A stretch of 64,000 nucleotides of DNA, from assembly GCA_019245575.1 (NCBI GenBank), contig JAFARE010000044.1:25090-89089 (forward strand), given 5' to 3'. This DNA is from Candidatus Dormiibacterota bacterium. GTDB lineage: Bacteria; Chloroflexota; Dormibacteria; Aeolococcales; Aeolococcaceae. Under the pieces are notes generated by a model, which was given only the letters and a program-made list of their open reading frames with translations, had not been told where the DNA came from and ran no database searches. Below, piece by piece: positions 1 to 7,504 of this stretch (positions within the stretch are counted from its first letter, which is position 1; every line of letters starts with the position of its first letter). A program made the translations under genes and the position numbers.

Positions 1-315
1 GGCGGTGGTCGACGTGGACGAGCTGTGCGAGCCGCTCATGTTGGGACAGGGATGCGCCGAAGGCGCCGGTGTGGCCGCGGCCGACGGCGCGCTCGCCGCC
101 TGCAGCGCGCCCGCGCCACCGCCGTTGTTGCTCGCGGCCGTCACCGCGCTGGTTGCGGCCTGGGCGATGACGAATCCGCCCGCGCCGGCGGCGACGGTCA
201 GCGCGGAAACGATGATCAGGGTGCGGCCGCGGCCCACGCGGCGTGGCGGTGGAGGCGGTGCTTGCTCAGGCGGCGGGGGCGGTGGCGGAGCCCACGTGAA
301 CGTGTCGTGCTCCAT
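1..315 (-). CDS. hypothetical Pro-rich single-pass membrane protein (3' end lies outside the window)
   Basis: Absent from the ORF track because it has no stop codon inside the window. ATG at 315-313 sits 10 nt downstream of GGAGG (reverse complement of 326-330). Translation is MEHDTFTWAPPPPPPPEQAPPPPPRRVGRGRTLIIVSALTVAAGAGGFVIAQAATSAV..., i.e. a Pro-rich head, an Arg-flanked TM helix and an Ala/Ser-rich tail. Third-position G/C is high. It is on the same strand as, and downstream of, the kinase gene. Confidence 0.5.
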   Translation of the reverse strand, partial: MEHDTFTWAPPPPPPPEQAPPPPPRRVGRGRTLIIVSALTVAAGAGGFVIAQAATSAVTAASNNGGGAGALQAASAPSAAATPAPSAHPCPNMSGSHSSSTSTTA

Positions 316-401
316 GCGGTGGTCACCTCCGTGTGGATCCGGACGGTGGCGACGCTAGCGCCGCGCACCTTTCGACAGCGTTACGAGAAACTGGGAAAAA
401 C

Positions 402-1841
402 CTAGGAATTACTTGAGGTTTCGGCGACTATGGCGGGCGCCGGCCCAACCGCCGCAAGCGATTTCGCGGCCAGCGGCAGCTGCACGCGGAAGGTCGCTCC
501 GCCGCCCGGCGTGGGAGCCACACCCACCTTGCCGTGGTGCGCCGCCACCACCGCCGCGACGATGCTCAGCCCCAGTCCGCTGCCGCCGCGGTCGCCGGCG
601 CGGTCCACCTCCACGCGGTGGAAGCGCTCGAAGATGCGCTCCGCCTGCTCGGGCGGCACGCCGGGCCCGTGGTCGATGACGTCGATGACGGCGCGATCAC
701 CTTCCGTGAGCAGCTCTATCTCGATCGGCGACCCTGCGGGCGTGTGCACCAGCGCGTTGCGCATCAGGTTGCCCAGCACCTGGCGCAGGCGCATGTCGTC
801 GCCGGTGACGACCAGCGGCGCGCTCACCCGCGCCGTGATCGGCCGGTCGGGGGCGATCACGTGCGCGTCGGCAACGGCGTCACGCACCAGTGCCTCGAGG
901 TCCACCGACGTGCGCTCGAGCGGACGGCCCTGGTCGAGACGCGCCAGGAGCAGCAGGTCGTCCACCAGGACGCTCATGCGCTTGGTCTCCTCCTCCATCC
1001 GGCGCATGGCGAGGAGCATGTCGCCGCGGTCCATGTCCGGCGCGCGCTGCAGCAGCTCGGCGTAGCCCTGCATCGAGGTCAGCGGGGTGCGCAGCTCGTG
1101 CGACGCGTCGGAGATGAAGTGGCGCAGGCGCTGCTCGTTGCGCTGGCGCTCGGAGAACGCGGCCTCCAGCTGGCTCAGCATGGTGTTCAACGCCAGCCCC
1201 AGCCGCCCTACCTCGGTGGTCTCGGATGACGGCTCCACGCGCCTGCCCAGGTCCGAGGCGACGATGGTGCGCGCCGTCGACGCCATGCGCTCGAGCGGGC
1301 GCAGGCCGCGCCGCACCAGCAGCCACGTCGCCAGCACGACGATCACCGTGATGGCGCCGGAGATGCCCAGCTCCAGCAGCAGCAGGTTGTTCAGCGTCGC
1401 GTTGATGCTGTCGACGGGCACCGCCACCAGCAGCACGTTGCCGCTGCCGTCCACCGCCGGCCCGACATACATGCGATAGCTGTTTATGCCACCCGTGCCC
1501 GAAACATCGCTGAACTTGTTCAGCGTGAGCGCCGACGGCAGCATCGGCCTGGCACTAGTCGCGTAGAACGAAAAGGTGTGCGCGCTGAGGAGCCGGCCAG
1601 ACGGGTCGTAGAGGGCGCCGTACGTGTCCTGCGGGAAGGGATTGGTGTCCGGCCCGCCGGGGCCGCCGAACGCGCTTCCCTCGAGCAGTCGCTCGACCGG
1701 TCCCATGGAGGCCTGGATCTGCGTGTCCACGCCACTGAGCAGCGAGGAGCGCAGCGCGCTGTACGTGGCGATGTCGGCCACCGCCAGCCCGATGATGAAC
1801 AGCGGCGCCAGCGCGATCAGCAGCCGCAGTCGCAGCGACAT
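402..1841 (-). CDS. sensor histidine kinase (TM-HAMP-HisKA-HATPase_c)
   Basis: 479-aa ORF with an N-terminal TM helix (LIALAPLFIIGLAVADIATY), H-box SHELRTPLTSMQGYAELL, and N/G boxes LGNLMRNALVHTP, DHGPGV and GGSGLGLSIV. Its ATG at 1841 directly abuts the stop of the regulator gene (1842-1844). Confidence 0.92.
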   Translation of the reverse strand: MSLRLRLLIALAPLFIIGLAVADIATYSALRSSLLSGVDTQIQASMGPVERLLEGSAFGGPGGPDTNPFPQDTYGALYDPSGRLLSAHTFSFYATSARPMLPSALTLNKFSDVSGTGGINSYRMYVGPAVDGSGNVLLVAVPVDSINATLNNLLLLELGISGAITVIVVLATWLLVRRGLRPLERMASTARTIVASDLGRRVEPSSETTEVGRLGLALNTMLSQLEAAFSERQRNEQRLRHFISDASHELRTPLTSMQGYAELLQRAPDMDRGDMLLAMRRMEEETKRMSVLVDDLLLLARLDQGRPLERTSVDLEALVRDAVADAHVIAPDRPITARVSAPLVVTGDDMRLRQVLGNLMRNALVHTPAGSPIEIELLTEGDRAVIDVIDHGPGVPPEQAERIFERFHRVEVDRAGDRGGSGLGLSIVAAVVAAHHGKVGVAPTPGGGATFRVQLPLAAKSLAAVGPAPAIVAETSSNS

Positions 1842-2537
1842 CTAGGCGTGACGCGGCACGCGCAGGACATAGCCGACGCCGCGCACCGTGTGGATGAGCG
1901 GCGGGTCGACGGTGTCCACCTTGCGGCGCAGATAGCTGATGTACGTCTCCAGCACGCTGGCGTCGCCGCCGAAGTCGTAGTTCCACACATGGTCGAGGAT
2001 CTGCGTGCGCGAGAGCACGCGCCCCGCATTGATGAGCAGGTAGCGCAGCAGCCGGAACTCCGTGCGCGTGAGCTCCACCGGCCGGCCCGCGCGCAGCACC
2101 TCGTGCGTCTCCTCGTTGAGCTCGAGGTCCGAGAGCGTCAGGCGCGCGCTGGTCACCGCGCCGTTCTGCTGCCGGCGCAGCACGACGCGGATGCGCGCCA
2201 CCAGCTCCTCGATGCTGAACGGCTTGGTCACGTAGTCGTCGCCGCCGACGGTGAGCCCGTGCACCTTGTCCTCGGTTGCGTCGCGCGCCGTCAGGAAGAT
2301 GACCGGGACCTTGAGGCCGTCGCCGACAAGCTTCTGCACGAAGGTGAAGCCGTCGTCGTCGGGGAGCCCCACGTCGAGGACGATCAGCTCGGGGCGGAAG
2401 TCCATGACGGCGCGGCGGGCCTCGCGCGCCGTCGGGGCCGTCTGCACGGCGAAGCCCTCGTACTTGAGCGCCATGGCGACCAGGTCGGTGATGGAGCGCT
2501 CGTCATCCACCACGAGCACCCGCGTGAGATCGCTCAT
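1842..2537 (-). CDS. OmpR/PhoB-family response regulator
   Basis: The receiver domain reads VLVVDDERSITDLVAMALKYEGFAVQTA...LIVLDVGLPDDDGF. The C-terminal winged helix reads LTRTEFRLLRYLLINAGRVLSRTQILDHVWNYDF...IHTVRGVGYVL. I place the start at the internal ATG 2537 (MSDLTRVLVVDD); the track ORF extends to 2642 with a non-protein-like leader. Confidence 0.9.
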   Translation of the reverse strand: MSDLTRVLVVDDERSITDLVAMALKYEGFAVQTAPTAREARRAVMDFRPELIVLDVGLPDDDGFTFVQKLVGDGLKVPVIFLTARDATEDKVHGLTVGGDDYVTKPFSIEELVARIRVVLRRQQNGAVTSARLTLSDLELNEETHEVLRAGRPVELTRTEFRLLRYLLINAGRVLSRTQILDHVWNYDFGGDASVLETYISYLRRKVDTVDPPLIHTVRGVGYVLRVPRHA

Positions 2538-2560
2538 GCGGGCAATGTTCGCCCCGAAGC

Positions 2561-2588
2561 CTGGGAAATTGCTGGGAAACGCCTGGGG
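2561..2588. promoter_or_regulatory. 11-bp-phased direct repeats (CTGGGAAA x2 plus CTGGGG), candidate OmpR-type regulator box
   Basis: CTGGGAAA at 2561-2568 and 2572-2579 and CTGGGG at 2583-2588, with starts exactly 11 bp apart. They lie 24-50 bp upstream of the regulator start codon, in the divergent region shared with the CHAP gene. Confidence 0.3.
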
Positions 2589-2764
2589 CCCGACTGAGGC
2601 GGCGGCGCTGTGCGGCCGCACAGGTCCGAACAGTCTCGACAACGCTGTTGCAGGGTCGCGATCGACAGGGGGCTGACGTTGGGCAGCATCGAGGGCAGGC
2701 CGCGGACGAGCCCGGAACCCCTCGCCGGCAGGCCAGCCACATCAGCCCCAAGGACAGGTCATTC

Positions 2765-4945
2765 GTGCGAGTTGTTTCCGGGAGAGTCACTCTCCTGAGC
2801 GCGGTCATGGCGGCCGGACTGGCGATGGGCGCGCACGCGGCGCAGGCCGCGCAGGAGCCGGTTGGCCACACGCCTGACGCGTTGCACGGCCTGCTGGCCA
2901 AAGCGATCGTCGGCCAGAGCGCCTGCCCCAACTACCCCTACGGCTCGACGATCATCCCCGGCACCCAGTGGGCCGCCGGGCTGGGCTTCACCCAGGCCCA
3001 GGACGGGGCGACCCTCGATGTGGAGAGCAACTGGGACGGCATCTCGTGCGTGCGCGGCCCGGACAGCACGGACACGAGCGACCGCTGGGGACTCGACTTT
3101 CAGTGCACCCAGCTGGCGGTGCGCGCCGCCGACGTCGAGTGGGGTGAGGGCGATCAGAGCGCCTGGTACAGCGCCGGCTGGAACGGCAACGCCTACAACA
3201 TGTTCGACGTCGCCCAGAGCCTGCCCCGGCCGCTGACCCCGGTGGCCAACGGGTCGGGCCTGCTGCCCAGCCCCGGCGCCCTGCTGGTCTGGGGCGCCAC
3301 CCCGGGCGACCCTACCGGCCACGTGGCCGTGGTCGAGCGGGTGGACAAGGTGAACCAGGTGGTGTGGTTCGTCAGCCAGAACAGCTACTACGCCGAGTAC
3401 GGCATCCCCTACAGCGGCACGACGCTCGATCCGACGTCGAGCTTCGGCCTTCCCCTGCGCGGCTGGTTGGACGCACCGAGGCCGGCGCGCGGCGTCGTGC
3501 TCCGCTCCGACGGCACGTCGGGCTACACCCTCGACGGCTGGGGAGGCGTGCACGGCTTCGGCTCCGCGCCGCCGGTGACCATCACCGGCTACTGGGCCAA
3601 CTGGGACATCGCGCGCGGGCTGGCGCTGCGACCGGACCAGCAGAGTGGCTACACCCTCGACGGCTACGGAGCGCTGCATTCATTCGGCGGCGCGCCGGCG
3701 TTGCAGACGGGCGTCTACTGGGGCTGGGACATCGCGCGCGGGCTGGTGCTGCGGCGTGACGGCGTCAGCGGCTACGTGCTCGACGGCTGGGGGGGCATCC
3801 ACGCCTTCGGGGGCGCGCCCCCCGTGCAGGGCACGGGCTATTGGTACAGGTGGGACATCGCGCGCAGCATCGTGCTGCGGCCGGACCAGGTGAGCGGCTA
3901 CGTGCTCGACGGCTGGGGCGGCATCCATCCCTTCGGCGGCGCGCCGGCGGTGAGCGGGTTCTCCTACTGGACCGGCTGGGACATCGCCCGCGCCATCACG
4001 CTGGGCGGTGACGGCACCAACCCCAACCTCCCGGCAAACAGTGGCTGGGTGGTGGACGGCTGGGGCGGCGTGCACCCCTACGGCGGTGCGCCGGTGGTGT
4101 CGTTCGCCAACGACCCGTACCTGCCGGCGCACGACATCGCTCGCGGCATCGCGTATGCGCCGCTGATCGGCACCGGCGTGGTGGCGACCGGCGCGTTCTC
4201 CCCGGCCACCTTCGCCGCAACCGGCCCGGCGCGCGCGCTCGTCGCCCGGCCCGCCGGCGGTGGCTACGCGCTCGACGGCTGGGGGGCGGTCACCGCATTC
4301 GGCGGCGCGCCGTCGGTGAACAACGTGACCGGCTTCTGGAAGAACTGGGACATCACCCGCGCCTTCGGGCTGCGCGCCGACGGGGTCAGCGGCTACGTGG
4401 TTGACGCCTACGGCGGGTTCCACGAGTTCGGCGGCGCGCCGGCGATCGCCGCGCCGAGGTACTGGAACGGCTCCGACATGGTCCGTGGATTCGCGCTGCG
4501 CGCCGACGGCGCCAGCGGCTACGTGCTCGACCGCTTCGGCAACGTGTGGGCGTTTGGCGGCGCCCCGACCGTGACCCCGAGCGTGACCTGGACGGACGAC
4601 ACGGCGCGGGCGCTGGTGCTTCGCTCGGACGGCGTCAGCGGCTACGTGCTCGACAAGTTCGGCGGCCTCTGGCCGTTCGGCGGCGCGCCGGCACTTCTCG
4701 GCCCGCCGACGTGGTCCGTGGACACGGCGCGCGCCGTGACGCTGCTGACGGACAGCGCCGGCTACGTGCTCGACAAGGAGGGCGGCGTGCATCCCTTCGG
4801 CGGCGCCCCAGCGGTGCGCGGAGCGCCCGTGTGGACCGGCAACGACGTGGCCCGCGGCCTCGTCCTGGCCCCGGGATCGAGCCTGACGAGCGCCCAGGGA
4901 TCGGTGCTCTACCTGGACGGCGTGATCGCGAACTTCGGCTCGTAG
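2765..4945 (+). CDS. secreted CHAP-domain peptidoglycan hydrolase with a C-terminal array of ~42-aa repeats
   Basis: The track ORF is 2648-4945. GTG at 2765 gives a signal-peptide-like N-terminus (VRVVSGRVTLLSAVMAAGLAMGAHAAQA). CHAP signatures are present: catalytic Cys context DFQCTQLAVRA and His context GHVAVVERV. About 10-11 tandem repeats follow (see the repeat feature). Confidence 0.85.
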   Translation: MRVVSGRVTLLSAVMAAGLAMGAHAAQAAQEPVGHTPDALHGLLAKAIVGQSACPNYPYGSTIIPGTQWAAGLGFTQAQDGATLDVESNWDGISCVRGPDSTDTSDRWGLDFQCTQLAVRAADVEWGEGDQSAWYSAGWNGNAYNMFDVAQSLPRPLTPVANGSGLLPSPGALLVWGATPGDPTGHVAVVERVDKVNQVVWFVSQNSYYAEYGIPYSGTTLDPTSSFGLPLRGWLDAPRPARGVVLRSDGTSGYTLDGWGGVHGFGSAPPVTITGYWANWDIARGLALRPDQQSGYTLDGYGALHSFGGAPALQTGVYWGWDIARGLVLRRDGVSGYVLDGWGGIHAFGGAPPVQGTGYWYRWDIARSIVLRPDQVSGYVLDGWGGIHPFGGAPAVSGFSYWTGWDIARAITLGGDGTNPNLPANSGWVVDGWGGVHPYGGAPVVSFANDPYLPAHDIARGIAYAPLIGTGVVATGAFSPATFAATGPARALVARPAGGGYALDGWGAVTAFGGAPSVNNVTGFWKNWDITRAFGLRADGVSGYVVDAYGGFHEFGGAPAIAAPRYWNGSDMVRGFALRADGASGYVLDRFGNVWAFGGAPTVTPSVTWTDDTARALVLRSDGVSGYVLDKFGGLWPFGGAPALLGPPTWSVDTARAVTLLTDSAGYVLDKEGGVHPFGGAPAVRGAPVWTGNDVARGLVLAPGSSLTSAQGSVLYLDGVIANFGS
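3491..4942 (+). repeat. coding tandem repeat array, unit ~40-45 aa, consensus GYxLDGWGGxHxFGGAP-x(6-9)-W-x2-WDIARG-hxL
   Basis: Units can be read directly, for example SGYTLDGWGGVHGFGSAPPVTITGYWANWDIARGLALRPDQQ, SGYTLDGYGALHSFGGAPALQTGVYWGWDIARGLVLRRDGV, SGYVLDGWGGIHAFGGAPPVQGTGYWYRWDIARSIVLRPDQV, and so on. The DNA core GGCTACGTGCTCGAC recurs at about 3771, 3897, 4518, 4639 and 4761. Confidence 0.9.
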
Positions 4946-4949
4946 CCGC

Positions 4950-5336
4950 TCAGGCCGCGGTGCCGCGGGTGGCGGCGGCCCACACCTCCTCGAGACGGGC
5001 GGGGCTGAACTCGGACTTGGTGATGTAGCCGGACGCGCCCACCTCCTCGGCGCGCGGCTGGTACTCGGCCGCCTCGTACGTCGACAGCACGATCACGACC
5101 GGCGCCGTGCCGTCGCCCGCGGCCAGGATCCGCTGCGTGGCCTCCAGCCCGCTGATGCCGGGCAGGTTCACGTCCATCAACACGAGGTCCGGCTGCAGCT
5201 CCCGCGCGGCGTCGAGCGACGCCTCGCCGGTCTCCACCTCCCCCACCACGTCGAAGCCGCTGGTGGCCTCCACCACCGCTCGTGCCGCCAGCCTGAAGGG
5301 CGCCTGATCGTCGACGATCAGCACCGACACCGTCAT
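4950..5336 (-). CDS. stand-alone response-regulator receiver (CheY-like) protein
   Basis: Start at ATG 5336 (MTVSVLIVDDQAPFRLAARAVVE...DLVLMDVNLPGISGLEATQRI...VIVLSTYE...GASGYITKSEF), 128 aa. The upstream part of track ORF 4950-5642 is not protein-like. Confidence 0.85.
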   Translation of the reverse strand: MTVSVLIVDDQAPFRLAARAVVEATSGFDVVGEVETGEASLDAARELQPDLVLMDVNLPGISGLEATQRILAAGDGTAPVVIVLSTYEAAEYQPRAEEVGASGYITKSEFSPARLEEVWAAATRGTAA

Positions 5337-5411
5337 GACGCCTCCACGATATGCCGCCCGCGCGGTCGCGTCATGGGTGCCTGCACCACAGCTTCCGGCA
5401 TGCTGGCGACC

Positions 5412-6080
5412 ATGGCGCTGCGCTTGGTGCTCGCGGAGGACAACTACCTGGTGCGCGAAGGGGTGCGGCAGCTCCTCGAGGCACAGGACGGGATCGACGT
5501 GGTGGCGGTCTGCGAGGACCTGCCCTCGCTGGAACGCGCCGTGGAGGAGCACGCCCCAGACGTCGTGATGACCGACATCCGCATGCCGCCGAGCCTGCGC
5601 GACGAAGGGCTCCGCGCCGCGGAGCGCCTGCGCGACACGCACCCCGGTGTGGGCGTGGTGGTGTTGAGCCAGTACGCGGAGCCGGAGTACGCGCTCGCGC
5701 TGCTGGAGAAGGGCGCGGCCGGGCGCGCGTACCTGCTGAAGGACCGCGTGTCCGACGTGGGCCAGCTGCTCAACGCGCTGCGCGAGGTGGCCGGCGGCGG
5801 ATCGGTCATCGACCCGGCCGTGGTGGAGGTGCTCGTCGCCGCGCGGAGCCGCGCGCGCGGATCACCGCTGGAGGAGCTCACGCCGCGGGAGCGTGAGGTG
5901 CTGCAGCACATGGCCGAGGGGAAGAACAACGCTGCCATCGCCGAGTCGATGTCGCTGACGGAGCGCGCGGTGGAGAAGCACATCAACTCGATCTTCTCCA
6001 AGCTCGGGCTGTCCGAGGAGACGGCGATCCATCGCCGCGTCAAGGCGACGCTGACGTACCTGGCCGCTACGCAGCGCTGA
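5412..6080 (+). CDS. NarL/LuxR-family response regulator
   Basis: MALRLVLAEDNYLVREGVRQLLE...VVMTDIRMPP is the REC domain. LTPREREVLQHMAEGKNNAAIAESMSLTERAVEKHINSIFSKLGL is the LuxR HTH. Start taken at ATG 5412. Confidence 0.9.
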   Translation: MALRLVLAEDNYLVREGVRQLLEAQDGIDVVAVCEDLPSLERAVEEHAPDVVMTDIRMPPSLRDEGLRAAERLRDTHPGVGVVVLSQYAEPEYALALLEKGAAGRAYLLKDRVSDVGQLLNALREVAGGGSVIDPAVVEVLVAARSRARGSPLEELTPREREVLQHMAEGKNNAAIAESMSLTERAVEKHINSIFSKLGLSEETAIHRRVKATLTYLAATQR

Positions 6081-7398
6081 TCCGGTACGCCACCACGGGC
6101 GCGTGGCGCCCCTTCACCGGCTGCGGCGGCAGCTGCTCCGCGTCGACGGTGTCGTGCAGGGCGCGAAATGCGGGCTCCGTCAACACGATCTCACCGCCCG
6201 AGGCCCACTGCTGCACGCGCTGCGCAAGGTTCACGGCGTCGCCGACGACCGTGTACTCCAGCCGCTCGTCCGAGCCGAGCAGTGCCGCCGCGACGGTCCC
6301 GGTGGAGACGCCGATGCCGAGCTGGAACGGCGGCAGGGCCTCACGTGACCATTCGTCGTTGAGCGCGTTCTGCGCTGCATGCATGGTGCGCGCGCCGCGC
6401 AGCGCGCGGTCGGCGTGGTCATCCTGGGGGAGCGGCGCACCGAAGACCGCCATCACCGCGTCGCCCACGAACTGCATGACCGTTCCGCCCTCGTCGAGGA
6501 TGGCTCGGTTCATCCGCGCGCGGTGCTCGTTCAGCTGGCGCGCCAAGACGGTCGGGTCGGCGTCCTCCGCGATCGTCGAGTAGCCGCGGATGTCCGACAT
6601 CAGCACCGTGACCGTGAGCTCCTCGGTGCGTCCTGTGGCGCGGCCTTCGCGAAGCACCTTCTCCGCCACGCCGCCAGGCAGCAGACGGCTCAACGTGTCG
6701 CCCTGCTCCTCACGCTGCACGATGGCGCTGTGCAACATCTTCAGCTTCTCCAGCGCGGCGCTGGTGCCGCTGCTCGCCTGCTGCGCCAGCTTGAGAAAGA
6801 GCTTGCCGATGTCGTCGTCCACCGCCGCCTGCGTGGTGCGTGACGCGGCCGCGATCGCCTTCACCGGCTTGCCCTCGGCGATCTGCCGCAGCAGCGACTC
6901 CTCACGCGCTGACAGCGCGCCACGCTCGGTGACGGGGCGCATCATCGCCTCGACGATGCGTGGGTCGAGCATCGATCCACCCGTGGACACCGTCTGGATG
7001 GCGCGCACCAGCTGGTCGCCGTCCGCCACGCGGTCCTTGAGCAGGTACGCGTAGCCCGCCGCGTCCTCGCTGAGCAGGGAGATCGCGTACTCCGGCTCGT
7101 CGTACTGCGAGAGGATGACCACGCCGGTGCCGGGCAGCCGCTTGCGCACCTCCTTCGCGCCCTTGATTCCCTCGTCGGTGAATGTCGGTGGCATGCGGAT
7201 GTCGGTCACCACGACCTGTGGCGCCGCGGTCGCCGCGCCGTCGATCAGCCCGTCGTAGTCGGCGGCGACGCCGACAACCTCGATGTCATCGGCCAGTCCG
7301 AGCAGGGCGCGGACGCCCTCACGAACGATGAGGTTGTCGTCGGCCAGGAATACGGTGATCGCCGCGCGGGCCATGGCTGCAGATTGTGACCCGGGCAC
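6067..7398 (-). CDS. REC - LuxR-type HTH - class III adenylate/guanylate cyclase fusion protein
   Basis: The N-terminus (ITVFLADDNLIVREGVRALLG...VVTDIRMPP...AYLLKDRV) is paralogous to the 5412 regulator. The HTH-like segment is LSAREESLLRQIAEGKPVKAIAAASRTTQAAVDDDIGKLFLKL. The cyclase core is VTVLMSDIRGYSTIAE...MQFVGDAVMAVFGAP...IGVSTGTVAAALLGSDERLEYTVVGDAVNLAQRV. An alternative start at ATG 7374 (MARAAITVF) is possible. Confidence 0.88.
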   Translation of the reverse strand: MPGSQSAAMARAAITVFLADDNLIVREGVRALLGLADDIEVVGVAADYDGLIDGAATAAPQVVVTDIRMPPTFTDEGIKGAKEVRKRLPGTGVVILSQYDEPEYAISLLSEDAAGYAYLLKDRVADGDQLVRAIQTVSTGGSMLDPRIVEAMMRPVTERGALSAREESLLRQIAEGKPVKAIAAASRTTQAAVDDDIGKLFLKLAQQASSGTSAALEKLKMLHSAIVQREEQGDTLSRLLPGGVAEKVLREGRATGRTEELTVTVLMSDIRGYSTIAEDADPTVLARQLNEHRARMNRAILDEGGTVMQFVGDAVMAVFGAPLPQDDHADRALRGARTMHAAQNALNDEWSREALPPFQLGIGVSTGTVAAALLGSDERLEYTVVGDAVNLAQRVQQWASGGEIVLTEPAFRALHDTVDAEQLPPQPVKGRHAPVVAYRISAA

Positions 7399-7504
7399 CG
7401 CCTCGTTCCGGCAAGGGCGGCTTCATGCCGGTGCAGGGGGATGCTGCCACCCCTGGCGCGGAGGGGCGCCCGCACGATGGACACGTCTTCCGGAGCGCCC
7501 CATC

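Noticed and set aside
5-405. Plus-strand ORFs 5-358 and 25-405 at the window start.
   Set aside because: Composition is Ala/Arg/Gly junk. The minus strand carries a better candidate (ATG 315 behind GGAGG, with a Pro-rich head plus a TM helix) that the track omits because it lacks a stop in the window.
2640-2764. Possible ydaO-type (c-di-AMP) riboswitch in the leader of the CHAP cell-wall hydrolase. Such riboswitches often precede wall hydrolase genes in actinobacteria.
   Set aside because: Only a partial resemblance was found: ACAGGGGGCUGACG and GAGCCCGGAACCCCUCG. The highly conserved CAGCUAACCUCGUAAGCG-type block I remember for this riboswitch is absent. A covariance-model scan (Rfam RF00379) would settle it.
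7385-7399. CRP-like half-palindrome TGTGACCCGGGCACC upstream of, or overlapping, the cyclase start.
   Set aside because: The right half-site is poor and the spacing does not match TGTGA-N6-TCACA. The site overlaps the candidate start region of the gene. CCCGGG-centred palindromes are expected by chance at this G+C content.
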